A stretch of 64,000 bases of DNA, from the NCBI GenBank assembly GCA_963707215.1, contig CAVPPB010000003.1, positions 608,001-672,000 of the forward strand. Reading direction: 5' to 3'. Positions 41,417-55,467 of this stretch are shown one piece after another; position 1 is the first letter of the stretch; each line of letters opens with the position of its first letter. Below the pieces are notes generated by a model. The model did not search any database and had not been told where the DNA came from. It saw only the letters and a program-made list of their open reading frames with translations. Made by a program: the position numbers and the translations under genes. This stretch comes from an uncultured Chloroflexia bacterium. GTDB taxonomy: Bacteria; Chloroflexota; Limnocylindria; Limnocylindrales; CSP1-4.

Positions 41417-42841
41417 TCACCGCTCCCTCCGGAGAGCGGTGCGAGCCGGTCCGGTGTCCTGCAGGGCAGTCCGGAGCGCCTCGGCCAGGGTCGCCACGGG
41501 AGCGACGGTCAGGCTCGATGGCGCCTCGGCCATCGGGCGGCCCGTCGTGGCGGGCACGATGGCCCGTACGAACCCGAGCCGGCTCGCCTCCCTCAGGCGG
41601 CGCTCCAGGCCAGGCACACCCCGAAGCTCGCCGAGCAGCCCCACTTCGCCGATGGCGATCGTGCCTGCGGGCACCGGGACATCCCGGAGCGACGAGGTGA
41701 GCGCCAGGCAAAGCGGCAGGTCGAGAGCCGGGTCGTCGAAGGCGAGCCCTCCCGCGAGGTTCGCGTAGACGTCGTGCCCCGACAGGCCGATGCCAGCCCG
41801 GCGTCCCAGGACGGCGATCAGCAGGGCCAGCCGGTTGGGATCAAGGCCGCTGGTCGTCCGCCGCGGCGAGCCGATCGCCCCGGACGCCGTCAGCGCCTGG
41901 ACCTCCACCAGGATCGGCCGGGTCCCTTCGAGCGTGGCGCCGACGACGCTGCCCGGGGCAGGCTCGAGGTGCTCGCCGAGGAAGGCACGAGCCGGATCGG
42001 GGACCTCCACGAGGCCCTCCTCGAGCATCTCGAAGACACCGATCTCCTCGGTCGAGCCGTAGCGGTTCTTGGGCGAACGCAGCAGCCGCAGTCCGCCGGA
42101 GCGATCGCCTTCGAGGCCGAGGACCACGTCGACGAGGTGCTCCAGCGTCTTGGGCCCGGCGAGCGTCCCATCCTTGGTGACGTGCCCGACGAGGACGACC
42201 GGGATGCCCGAGGACTTGGCCAGCTCGCCGAGCCGGGCGGCCGACTCGCGGACCTGGCCGACACTACCGGGGGGACCGTCGAGCTCCTCGACCACTGCCG
42301 TCTGGATCGAGTCCACGATCAGGAGCCCGGGCAGATCCGCCCGAGTGAGCTCGATGACCCGCCCGACGTCCCGCTCCGCGACCACCCGGATGGCGCTTCC
42401 CGCCGCGCCGTCGAGGATGCCGAGTCGGGCAGCTCGCAGGCGGAGCTGGCCGGCCGACTCCTCGCCCGACGCGTAGAGCACGTGGCCCTCGCGCGAACCG
42501 GACGCCACCGCGGCGGCGACCTGCAGCAGCAGGGTGGACTTGCCGATGCCGGGCTCGCCGCCCAGCAGGATCACCGACCCGTCGACGATCCCGCCCCCGA
42601 GGACCCGGTCAAGCTCGCCGATCCCGGTCGAGCGCCGCCCTGCAGCCTCGTCGGAGCCCGCGCCGGCGAGCGTCTCGGCGCCGCTCGAGGGCCCGGCGAC
42701 CGCTCGCGCCCGGGTCTCGGCGACCCGGACGACCGTCTCGACGAGGGTGTTCCAGGCACCACAGTCCCGGCACTGACCCTCCCAGCGAAGCTGGGCGGCA
42801 CCACATGCCTGGCAGATGTACCGGCTCTGGCTGCGCGCCAC
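41417..42841 (-). CDS. radA: DNA repair protein RadA/Sms
   Basis: C..C...C..C Zn finger, GGEPGIGKSTL, DSIQ, GHVTK, KNRYG, Lon-like C-terminal domain. Confidence 0.97.
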   Translation of the reverse strand: MARSQSRYICQACGAAQLRWEGQCRDCGAWNTLVETVVRVAETRARAVAGPSSGAETLAGAGSDEAAGRRSTGIGELDRVLGGGIVDGSVILLGGEPGIGKSTLLLQVAAAVASGSREGHVLYASGEESAGQLRLRAARLGILDGAAGSAIRVVAERDVGRVIELTRADLPGLLIVDSIQTAVVEELDGPPGSVGQVRESAARLGELAKSSGIPVVLVGHVTKDGTLAGPKTLEHLVDVVLGLEGDRSGGLRLLRSPKNRYGSTEEIGVFEMLEEGLVEVPDPARAFLGEHLEPAPGSVVGATLEGTRPILVEVQALTASGAIGSPRRTTSGLDPNRLALLIAVLGRRAGIGLSGHDVYANLAGGLAFDDPALDLPLCLALTSSLRDVPVPAGTIAIGEVGLLGELRGVPGLERRLREASRLGFVRAIVPATTGRPMAEAPSSLTVAPVATLAEALRTALQDTGPARTALRRER

Positions 42842-42863
42842 GCCTCGGCCCTGCCGGCCGATG

Positions 42864-45338
42864 CTAGCGGGCTTCGACCGGGGTCTTCGACTCGGCCGCG
42901 CGGATGTCGAGCCCACCCTCCGGGTCGCGGTCGACGACGATCGTCGTCCCGGCCTCGTACCTCCCGAGCAGCAGGTGCTCGGCAAGGACGTCCTCGATCA
43001 GGTTCTGGATGACCCGGCGGAGCGGCCGGGCCCCGTAGCCCGGGTCGTAGCCGAGCTTGATCAGGTGGTCCTTGGCGTCGCCCGTGACCTCGAGCGCCAT
43101 GTCCTGGGCCTTGAGCTGGTCGCGAACGCGGGCCAGCATCAGGTCGACGATCTGGCGGATCTCGTCCTGGGTGAGGCTTCGGAAGACGACGGTCGCGTCG
43201 ATGCGGTTGAGGAACTCCGGACGGAAGCTCGACTTGAGCTCGGCCTGGACCTTTTCACGCATCAGCTCGTAGCTCGATTCCTGGCGGCCCGCGGCGGTGT
43301 CAGCCTGGGGTCGGAATCCGAGCGCGCTGTTGGTCTGGAGCTGTCGGGCCCCCAGGTTCGAGGTCATGATGATGATGGTGTTCCGGAAGTCGACCCGCCT
43401 CCCCTTGGCGTCGGTCAGCTGGCCATCCTCCAGGATCTGAAGGAGGATGTTGAACACCTCCGGGTGGGCCTTCTCGACCTCGTCGAGCAGGACCACCGCA
43501 TAGCTCTTGCGGCGGACCGCCTCGGTCAGCTGGCCGCCCTCGTCGAAGCCGACGTAGCCGGGTGGTGCGCCGACCAGGCGACTCACGTTGTGGCGCTCCA
43601 TGAACTCGCTCATGTCGATCTTGATGAGCGAGTCCTCGGATCCGAACATGTACTCGGCGAGCGCCTTGGCCAGCTCGGTCTTCCCTACCCCGGTCGGGCC
43701 CAGGAAGATGAACGAGCCGATCGGGCGCTTCGGATCCTTGAGACCGGCCCGGGCCCGGCGGACGGCCTTCGAGATCGTCTCGATCGCCTCCTGCTGACCG
43801 ATGACCCGGTTGTGGAGCTCGTCTTCCATGTGGAGCAGGCGCTCCGACTCCTCCTCGGCGATCCTGGTGACGGGGATCCCGGTCCACATGGCGACGACCT
43901 GGGCGATCTCCTCCCCATCGACGTCGGGGGTCTCTCCTGCCAGCGACGACTGCCATGTTTCGCGGAGGCCGTCGACCCGGTCCTTGGCGTCGGTCTCGCG
44001 CTCGCGGAGCGTGGCTGCCTGCTCGTACTCCTGGGCGTTGATCGCCTCGTCCTTCTCCTTGGTGACCCGGTCGAGCTCGCGCTGCGCCTCGCGTAGCTCA
44101 GGCGGGGCGGACGAGTGGCGGAGTCGGACACGGCTGGCGGCCTCGTCGATGAGGTCGATCGCCTTGTCCGGCAAGTGCCGATCGGTGATGTAGCGGATCG
44201 AGAGGTCAGCCGCGGACCGGACCGCATCGTCGGTGATCCGGACCTTGTGATGCTCCTCGTAGCGCTCGCGGATGCCCAGAAGGATCTCGATCGTCTGCTC
44301 GAGGGTCGGCTCCTCGACCATGACCGGCTGGAATCGCCGCTCGAGCGCAGCGTCACGCTCGATGTACTTGCGGAACTCGTCCAGGGTCGTGGCCCCGATG
44401 CACTGCAGCTCACCGCGCGAGAGCGGCGGCTTGAGGATGTTGGCTGCATCGATGGCCCCTTCGGCGGCACCCGCACCGACGAGCGTGTGGAGCTCGTCGA
44501 TGAAGAGGATGGCGTCGTTGGTGCTGCGGAGCTCCTCGATGATCTTCTTGAGGCGCTCCTCGAACTCGCCGCGGTACTTCGTGCCGGCCACAAGCGAGCC
44601 GATGTCGAGGGTCAGCACCCGCTTGTTGGCGATGATCTCCGGAACGTCGCCGGTCACGATCCGGTGGGCCAGGCCCTCGGCGATGGCGGTCTTGCCGACA
44701 CCGGGCTCACCGATCAGGGCGGGGTTGTTCTTGGTCTTCCGGCCGAGGATCTGGATGACCCGCTCGATCTCCTTCTCCCGGCCGATGACCGGGTCCAACT
44801 TGCCGGCCCGGGCGGCGTCCGTCAGGTTGATACCCAGTTGGTCGACCGTGGGGGTCTTGCTCGCCCGCTTCGACTCCTGGGCCGGGGCCGCGGAGGAACT
44901 CTGCGAGAGGACCCGGATGACCTCGTGACGGACCTTGTCGAGGTTGACGCCGAGCGACTCCAGCACGCCGGCGGCGATCCCCTCGCCCTCGCGCACGAGG
45001 CCCAGGAGGAGATGCTCCGTGCCGATGTAGTTGTGCCCGAGGCGCCGGGCCTCGTCGATCGCGAGCTCGATGACGCGCTTCGCCCGGGGGGTGAGGCCGA
45101 CCTCGCCGACGACGGGGCGATCGCCCCGGCCGATGATGAACTCGACGGCCGTCCGGACCTTGGGCAGCTCCACGTTCATGTTCTCGAGGACGCGCGCGGC
45201 GACGCCCTCCCCCTCGCGCACGAGCCCGAGGAGGAGATGCTCGGTACCGATGTAGTTGTGGTTGAACCGCTGCGCCTCGTCCTGAGCCAGGGTCAGGACC
45301 TTGCGCGCGCGATCCGTGAACTTGTCGAACCGATCCAT
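42864..45338 (-). CDS. clpC: ATP-dependent Clp protease ATPase ClpC
   Basis: Two Clp_N repeats, [11 protein letters not shown] linker, [11 protein letters not shown] ClpP-binding loop, GARPLRR. Confidence 0.97.
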   Translation of the reverse strand: MDRFDKFTDRARKVLTLAQDEAQRFNHNYIGTEHLLLGLVREGEGVAARVLENMNVELPKVRTAVEFIIGRGDRPVVGEVGLTPRAKRVIELAIDEARRLGHNYIGTEHLLLGLVREGEGIAAGVLESLGVNLDKVRHEVIRVLSQSSSAAPAQESKRASKTPTVDQLGINLTDAARAGKLDPVIGREKEIERVIQILGRKTKNNPALIGEPGVGKTAIAEGLAHRIVTGDVPEIIANKRVLTLDIGSLVAGTKYRGEFEERLKKIIEELRSTNDAILFIDELHTLVGAGAAEGAIDAANILKPPLSRGELQCIGATTLDEFRKYIERDAALERRFQPVMVEEPTLEQTIEILLGIRERYEEHHKVRITDDAVRSAADLSIRYITDRHLPDKAIDLIDEAASRVRLRHSSAPPELREAQRELDRVTKEKDEAINAQEYEQAATLRERETDAKDRVDGLRETWQSSLAGETPDVDGEEIAQVVAMWTGIPVTRIAEEESERLLHMEDELHNRVIGQQEAIETISKAVRRARAGLKDPKRPIGSFIFLGPTGVGKTELAKALAEYMFGSEDSLIKIDMSEFMERHNVSRLVGAPPGYVGFDEGGQLTEAVRRKSYAVVLLDEVEKAHPEVFNILLQILEDGQLTDAKGRRVDFRNTIIIMTSNLGARQLQTNSALGFRPQADTAAGRQESSYELMREKVQAELKSSFRPEFLNRIDATVVFRSLTQDEIRQIVDLMLARVRDQLKAQDMALEVTGDAKDHLIKLGYDPGYGARPLRRVIQNLIEDVLAEHLLLGRYEAGTTIVVDRDPEGGLDIRAAESKTPVEAR

Positions 45339-45486
45339 CGGGCCGATCGCTCTTCCTCTCTGTGGCCGGATGCCACCCGGACGGCCATGCTAGCACGACC
45401 TTCCTGCGTGAACGCTCGCCGGCTGGACCCTCGAGTCGGCTGCGTCCGCCACCCCTAGATACGCACCAGGAGGCGCCGGAGATGCA

Positions 45487-45518
45487 GAACGGCCCGCCGG
45501 GATCCCGGCGGGCCGTTC
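45487..45518. terminator. Perfect 32-bp palindrome, likely rpsA terminator
   Basis: GAACGGCCCGCCGGGA|TCCCGGCGGGCCGTTC, starting 13 nt after the rpsA stop. Confidence 0.75.
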
Positions 45519-45530
45519 CTGTCTGATGGG

Positions 45531-47669
45531 TCAGGCCTTGTCGGCTTCCTCGGCGGCAGCCTCGGTGACGACCTCCTCGGCGACCGCTGCCTCGACCGTC
45601 TCGGCGGCTTCCTCGGCGGCAGCCTCGGTGACGACCTCCTCGGCGACCGCTGCCTCGACCGTCTCGGCGGCTTCCTCGGCGGCAGCCTCGGTGACGACCT
45701 CCTCGGCGACCGCTGCCTCGACCGTCTCGGCGGCTTCCTCGGCGGCAGCCTCGGTGACGACCTCCTCGGCGACCGCTGCCTCGACCGTCTCGGCGGCTTC
45801 CTCGGCGGCAGCCTCGGTGACGACCTCCTCGGCGACCGCTGCCTCGACCGTCTCGGCGGCTTCCTCGGTGACGACCTCCTCGGCGACCGCTGCCTCGACC
45901 GTCTCGGCGGCTTCCTCGGCGGCAGCCTCGGTGCCTTCGGCAGCAGCCTCGCCCCCTTCGGCAGCAGCCTCGCCCCCTTCGGCAGCAGCCTCGAGCTGCT
46001 GTCGTACCTGGGCGAAGGCGGCTGCGAGCGTGTTGTCGATCCCGCCCTCTGGCTCCTGGACGGCGTCGGCCATCGAGTAGCTGCGGTCTCGCTCGCGTCG
46101 CTCGCGCCGCTCCGGGCGGGGTGCGCCCGGCTCGGCCGCCGGCCTGGCCGGCGGGGCCTCGGCCTGCTTGAGGCTCAGGCCCAGGCGATGTCGCTCGGAA
46201 TCGAGGCTGATGATCTTCAGATTGAGCTGCTGGCCCTCGTGGACCACGTCACCCGGATGGGCGACGCGCTGATGGCTCAGCTCGCTGATGTGGATGAGGC
46301 CCTCGAGCCCATCTCGTACGCGGACGAACGCTCCGAAGTTGACGAGCTTCGTCACGGTCCCGTCGATGACGTCGCCCACCTTGAAGTCGGCGACCGTGGA
46401 CTCCCACGGGTCGGGCATCAGGCGCCGGATCGACAGGCTGATCCGGCCTCGCTCGTGGTTGATGTCGATGACCTCGGCCTCGACCTCCTCGCCGACCTTG
46501 TAGCCGGCCTCGGGGTTGTTGACCTTGTTCCACGACAGCTCGCTCTTGTGGACGAGACCATCGATGCCGCCGAGGTCGATGAAGACACCGAAGGGCGCGA
46601 TGGACCGGACGGTACCCTTCACCTTCTGGCCGACCTGCAGACTGCTGAAGAGCTCGTCGCGCTTCTCGCGCCGCTCCTCGTAGAGCGCCACCTTCTCGGA
46701 CAGGATCAGGCGGTTGGCCTTCCGGTTGACCTCCAGGATCTTCAGGCGCAGCTTGCGGCCGACGTACGGCTGCAGCTTCTCGGCGATCTCCTGGGCCGCG
46801 TCACGAGGCTGATCGTTCTGGGGCCGGCGCGGGAAGTCGACGATCTGGCTGATCGGCACGAAGCCCCGGATGCCGCAGTCGACGATAAGGCCACCCTTGT
46901 TGTGGTCGATCACGGGCGCCTCGATGATGACGCCAGCGTCGAACTGCTCTTGCATCCCGCGCCACTTGCGCTCGAGGCCGGCGCGGCGCAGGGACAGGAC
47001 GGCGTGACCCTCGGGGGACTCAGGCTGCAGGACGTAGACCAGCACGGTGTCGCCGATGGCGAGGGTCGGCTGGGTCTCCGCATTACGGCCATAGAGCTCA
47101 CGATTCGAGACGACGCCCTCGCTCTTCGCGCCGATATCGACGAGGATCTCGTCCTTGTCGATGCGGACGACCTTGCCCTCGACGACGTCGCCGTGCTTGA
47201 AGCTCTTGATCTCGGTCGCTTCCTGGGCGAGCAGCTCCTCCATCGTCGTGGGCTCGGGGCCCTCGTAGCGCACGGGCGCAGGCGCCTCCTGGACCGATCC
47301 GCCCTCGACGGACTCGCCCTCGGCAGACTCGCCGGCTTCGCCGCCCGCCGGCGCTTCTGGCTGAGCCGCGGTCTCCGGCCCGGCCTCCGCCGCTACCTCA
47401 GGTTCGACCTCGGCCGCTGCCTCCGTGATCGCCTCCGCGGGCGGCTCGACGACCGCTTCCGGTTCGGCGTCGACCTCCGCTGCCTCGCCCTCTGCGGGCT
47501 TCGCCTCGTCAGTCTTCGCGGCTTCGGCCTCCGGGGCCTCCTGGATCGTCGTCTGGTCGGCGGGATCGTCGGCGACCGCGGTGGTCGCGACGCCATCCTC
47601 GGGTGCCGGGTCGGCGGCGGCGGTCGCCTCCGCCTGCGGCTCGGTCCCGCCCTGCTGCTCTTCCGTCAA
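45531..47669 (-). CDS. rpsA: 30S ribosomal protein bS1 (4 S1 domains) with long acidic N- and C-terminal extensions
   Basis: TTG start with SD AGGAG; VDIG.KSEG, NKGGL, RGFVP.SQ, FGVFIDLGG.DGLVH.SELSW, FGAFV...EGLIHISELS. Confidence 0.95.
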   Translation of the reverse strand: MTEEQQGGTEPQAEATAAADPAPEDGVATTAVADDPADQTTIQEAPEAEAAKTDEAKPAEGEAAEVDAEPEAVVEPPAEAITEAAAEVEPEVAAEAGPETAAQPEAPAGGEAGESAEGESVEGGSVQEAPAPVRYEGPEPTTMEELLAQEATEIKSFKHGDVVEGKVVRIDKDEILVDIGAKSEGVVSNRELYGRNAETQPTLAIGDTVLVYVLQPESPEGHAVLSLRRAGLERKWRGMQEQFDAGVIIEAPVIDHNKGGLIVDCGIRGFVPISQIVDFPRRPQNDQPRDAAQEIAEKLQPYVGRKLRLKILEVNRKANRLILSEKVALYEERREKRDELFSSLQVGQKVKGTVRSIAPFGVFIDLGGIDGLVHKSELSWNKVNNPEAGYKVGEEVEAEVIDINHERGRISLSIRRLMPDPWESTVADFKVGDVIDGTVTKLVNFGAFVRVRDGLEGLIHISELSHQRVAHPGDVVHEGQQLNLKIISLDSERHRLGLSLKQAEAPPARPAAEPGAPRPERRERRERDRSYSMADAVQEPEGGIDNTLAAAFAQVRQQLEAAAEGGEAAAEGGEAAAEGTEAAAEEAAETVEAAVAEEVVTEEAAETVEAAVAEEVVTEAAAEEAAETVEAAVAEEVVTEAAAEEAAETVEAAVAEEVVTEAAAEEAAETVEAAVAEEVVTEAAAEEAAETVEAAVAEEVVTEAAAEEADKA
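45544..45993. repeat. Coding tandem repeats in the rpsA tail
   Basis: Six copies of a 63-bp unit (EAAAEEAAETVEAAVAEEVVT; one copy lacks 12 bp) plus three 21-bp units (EAAAEGG/T). Confidence 0.95.
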
Positions 47670-47840
47670 GTCTTGTCTCCTGTTCCGATGGAGCTCCCCG
47701 AGACACGACGAACGGCCCGAGCGACGCTCGAGCCGTACCGGCTGCTTCGGCGTGGTCCGTGGTTGGTCGGGCCCTGGGCCGCACCTCCGTGTGCTGGACG
47801 TCGAGCTTGCTCTTCAGCTGTCGTGCCCGAAGGCCGGCCG

Positions 47841-47870
47841 AGTCTAGCACGGCACCCAGCGTGCGACAAT
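47841..47870. promoter_or_regulatory. Back-to-back extended -10 elements for rpsA (-) and fpg/nei (+)
   Basis: Minus strand TGc-TAGACT (47841-47849); plus strand TGc-GACAAT (47862-47870), 9 nt before the GTG. Confidence 0.5.
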
Positions 47871-47879
47871 CCGTCCGCC

Positions 47880-48755
47880 GTGCCAGAGTTGCCCGACCTC
47901 GCCGTCGTCGCGGAGGCCTTCCACGCGGCCCTGACCGGACGACCGGTCGTCGATGCGTCCGCGCTGGCGCCCCTGACGGTGCGCGCCACGCCCGATGAGA
48001 TCGCCGGACTGGCCGCTCGCCGACTGTCCGGCATCCGGCGACGGGGCAAGTTCCTCGTCTTCGATCTGGATGGGCACCTGGTGGTGGTGAGCCCGATGCT
48101 GACCGGCCGGTTCCAGCTCGCCCCGCCCGGAAGCCGCCTGCCAGCCAAGACCGCATTCGTGCTGCGGTTCGGCTCCCGGAGACGACCGGCGCCGGACACC
48201 GCCCCATGGACGGTGGGCGCCGACTGGATGCCTGCGCACGCTGACGAGACCGAGGTCCGTTTCCGCGACCCGACCCAGATGGGGAAGGTCTACCTGGTTC
48301 CCGCGGGATCGGCCCGCGCTGTACCAGGCCTGACGGACGAGGGGCTCGGTCCGGACGCTGATGATCCGGCCGTTACGCTGGACGTCTGGCGGCAGCGGAT
48401 CGGTCGCCATCGCGGCGAGCTGAAGAACCTCCTCCGCAACCAGGCATTCGTCGCCGGCATCGGCAACGCCTACTCGGACGAGATCCTCCATGCGGCAGGC
48501 ATCCTGCCATTCCGCCGTCGATCGACCCTCTCGGACGATGAGACGGCGGCGCTATTCGCTGCGACCGGCCGCATCCTCGAGGAGGCCAAGGAGACCCTCC
48601 GCCAGAGGGTCCCACCGACCTTCGAGCACCAGGTGCGCGACTTCCTTGCGGTCCACGGGCATCCGGGCGAACCGTGTCCGCGCTGCGGCACGCGAATCAG
48701 CGAGGTCGCCCCGGGGGGCGTCGCCACCGACTTCTGCCGGGGCTGCCAACGCTGA
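47880..48755 (+). CDS. Fpg/Nei family DNA glycosylase
   Basis: N-terminal (M)PELPD, RRGKF, H2TH NQ..VAGIGN.YSDE.L, C-terminal Zn finger CPRCG...FCRGCQ. Confidence 0.93.
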   Translation: MPELPDLAVVAEAFHAALTGRPVVDASALAPLTVRATPDEIAGLAARRLSGIRRRGKFLVFDLDGHLVVVSPMLTGRFQLAPPGSRLPAKTAFVLRFGSRRRPAPDTAPWTVGADWMPAHADETEVRFRDPTQMGKVYLVPAGSARAVPGLTDEGLGPDADDPAVTLDVWRQRIGRHRGELKNLLRNQAFVAGIGNAYSDEILHAAGILPFRRRSTLSDDETAALFAATGRILEEAKETLRQRVPPTFEHQVRDFLAVHGHPGEPCPRCGTRISEVAPGGVATDFCRGCQR

Positions 48756-48819
48756 CGATCGAGCTTCGGGCCGTGGAGTCACTCGGGACCGATCGCCTGC
48801 TGACGGCGACCCGGGCCGG

Positions 48820-49335
48820 TCAGCCCGAGCGGGCGATGAGCAGGAGGACGAAGGCGACGGCCATGAGCGCCACGAGAGCGATCTGGCCGAGCGAGCGCAT
48901 CCGCGGGCTCCCGAGGATCGCCGGGCGGCCCCGCTCGATGAGGACCGGGGCCGTGCGCGGAAAGGGCCACCGGTGCCCGCTGCGGACCGCCCGGCCGCTG
49001 CGGCCATGGTCGTCCTCAAGGGCCGGCACGAGTGCGCGCCGGGCGGCCAGGTACGTCGAGCACTCGCGATGGCTGGCCACGAGGCAGAGCCGTCGCTGCT
49101 TCTCGGTCGAGAGCGGCGCCGGGGGATCGACGGCCGCACATCGGTGCTCCCGGGATGCGCCGATGGCCCGCCAGTCGCCCCCTCGACCGACCACGTACGG
49201 GCAGAGGCGCCTGGGCGCGGCGGCCTCCGGGGCCGCGGTACTCCCAGCCGACGATCCGGGCGGCGTGTGATCGGCGTCCCGTGGGGGGCCCGGGTCGACG
49301 CCCGACCCTCCAGGCACCGGCTCCTCGATCGTCAT
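48820..49335 (-). CDS. Hypothetical protein with Cys/His cluster and C-terminal TM anchor
   Basis: CPY..HRC..C...H.EC pattern followed by a hydrophobic IALVALMAVAFVLLLI segment; TATCCT 7 nt before the ATG. Confidence 0.7.
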   Translation of the reverse strand: MTIEEPVPGGSGVDPGPPRDADHTPPGSSAGSTAAPEAAAPRRLCPYVVGRGGDWRAIGASREHRCAAVDPPAPLSTEKQRRLCLVASHRECSTYLAARRALVPALEDDHGRSGRAVRSGHRWPFPRTAPVLIERGRPAILGSPRMRSLGQIALVALMAVAFVLLLIARSG

Positions 49336-49409
49336 GGCGTCGAGGATACCGGCCATGGCCCGCGGTCGCCGGGGCGTGGTCCTGGGCAGGACCCTAGGAA
49401 CGGAAAAGA

Positions 49410-49527
<118 letters not shown>

Positions 49528-49671
49528 TCTCCGTGTGGTGGTACGTGCACGCCGGCAGCGCGCCGGCGCCATGCGATGACGCCGGGGCCGCTCGAACGAT
49601 CTGTCTTCGATCTCGCTGTGGTTCCTGGGTCCGATCCGGACCAGCCGCTGAACCCTGGTCAGCTGCTGAAG

Positions 49672-52742
<3,071 letters not shown>

Positions 52743-52866
52743 CTCCAGCATCTGACCAGGCGGTCAGCGGCTGATCGAGGTCCGGGATCGTTCTCCTTAG
52801 AACCACTCGGCGAAATCGAAGACAGATATATCGATCGTTTCGATTGCCGATTCACACGTATCCACT

Positions 52867-52878
52867 TTGAAAGGTGCA
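52867..52878 (-). promoter_or_regulatory. boxA-like antitermination element before 23S
   Basis: TGCACCTTTCAA, matching the leader copy TGCACCTTAACA. Confidence 0.55.
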
Positions 52879-53052
52879 GCGTCCCTCGACCGAGGTCGGG
52901 AGACGACTTCGTCCGATAGCGGACGACGGTCCCAGCGTTCTGCTGGCCCATGGCCTCGACATCGAAGGCGAGGACATGGGCCAGGGGATCGCCGGGCAGA
53001 AGATGAACGATTGATGTCTCTTCGTCCGTTCGGGCCGGGTCGCCCAGCAGGG

Positions 53053-53128
53053 TGGTGGAGACGAGGAGACTCGAACTCCTGACCCTCTCCTTGCAAAGGA
53101 GATGCTCTACCAGCTGAGCTACGTCCCC
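53053..53128 (-). tRNA. tRNA-Ala (TGC), rrn spacer
   Basis: G3:U70 acceptor stem; anticodon TT-TGC-AA; CCA encoded. Confidence 0.97.
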
Positions 53129-53149
53129 GAGCGACGCGGACGAGGGCGA

Positions 53150-53226
53150 TGGTGGGCGTTTCTGGACTCGAACCAGAGACCTCTGCCTTATCAGGGCAGT
53201 GCTCTAACCAGCTGAGCTAAACGCCC
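53150..53226 (-). tRNA. tRNA-Ile (GAT), rrn spacer
   Basis: Anticodon CT-GAT-AA; CCA encoded. Confidence 0.97.
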
Positions 53227-53481
53227 GCCGGGCTGCAGCGATGGCGATCGGCATGGCCGACGCCCCGGGGCTGCATCCTTAACCCTTGAAGAGTGGCAGG
53301 AACTCGCGGCAACGATCATTGCGAGCGGGTTACGGTGTCTCGCCAGGTCACCTTCCGGTCTCACCGAGCCCGAAGGCCCGCTGCATCGCTCACCTGGCGG
53401 GAGCGACGAACGACCGGGGTGATCAACCTGGGAGCCATCAACGCCGAGACCTCACCGTTATGGCCTCGACTCGGATCTCCC

Positions 53482-54984
<1,503 letters not shown>

Positions 54985-55048
54985 AACCACGACCTTGCGG
55001 TCGTGATCGTTTCGAGGGTCTGACCACTCGCTCCGATCCTTACCGGAT

Positions 55049-55079
55049 TTCCTGCCACTCTTCAATTGTTAAGGTGCAG
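55049..55079 (-). promoter_or_regulatory. rrn leader boxA and 16S processing-stem arm
   Basis: TGCACCTTAACAATTGAAGAGTGGCAGGAA is complementary to the trailer at about 53271-53302. Confidence 0.7.
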
Positions 55080-55116
55080 CGTCAGGCACGCAGACACGCA
55101 CTGGCGCAGAGCCCTA

Positions 55117-55145
55117 ATGATGGACCGTTGGGGCACCCGTGTCAA
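55117..55145 (-). promoter_or_regulatory. rrn P2 promoter
   Basis: TTGACA-N17-CATCAT. Confidence 0.7.
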
Positions 55146-55214
55146 ACGACCTGGGGGCCTGGCCGGCCGGTGGGCCGGCCGCTCCGTCACCACGTGGCGA
55201 CGAGCCGACGCGGA

Positions 55215-55243
55215 ATGCTAGCGGCGACCTTGGAGGGTGTCAA
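55215..55243 (-). promoter_or_regulatory. rrn P1 promoter
   Basis: TTGACA-N17-TAGCAT, 98 bp upstream of P2. Confidence 0.75.
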
Positions 55244-55281
55244 ACCAGGTCATCAGACGCCGGGACCCAAGCCCTCGACCG

Positions 55282-55467
55282 TCAGATCGGGCTGGTCTCG
55301 ACGAGCAGGATGAAGGCGGCTCCGGAGACCCAGGAGAGGAGCGCCAGCTCGACGCTGGGATCCGCTCCCAGCAGCCCGACGGCGACCACGAAGACGAGCA
55401 GTCCCACCAGGGCGGCCGCCGCGGCCTTCACCAGCCTGAGGACGATCTCGAAGACGAGAGGGGTCAT
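55282..55467 (-). CDS. Small 2-TM membrane protein (61 aa)
   Basis: ATGA overlap with the recR stop; two hydrophobic segments. Confidence 0.75.
   Translation of the reverse strand: MTPLVFEIVLRLVKAAAAALVGLLVFVVAVGLLGADPSVELALLSWVSGAAFILLVETSPI

Noticed and set aside
44980-45260. Internal direct repeat in clpC ([19 protein letters not shown] twice)
   Set aside because: Normal Clp_N domain duplication.
45526-46080. Ser/Ala/Thr-repeat ORF resembling an adhesin, and a possible CRISPR-like array
   Set aside because: It is the antisense reading of the rpsA tail. The units are contiguous with no unique spacers, and there are no cas genes.
46188-47879. N-terminal 564 aa of the 855-aa ORF containing Fpg/Nei
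   Set aside because: Antisense to rpsA. Fpg/Nei needs an N-terminal Pro, which fixes the start at GTG 47880.
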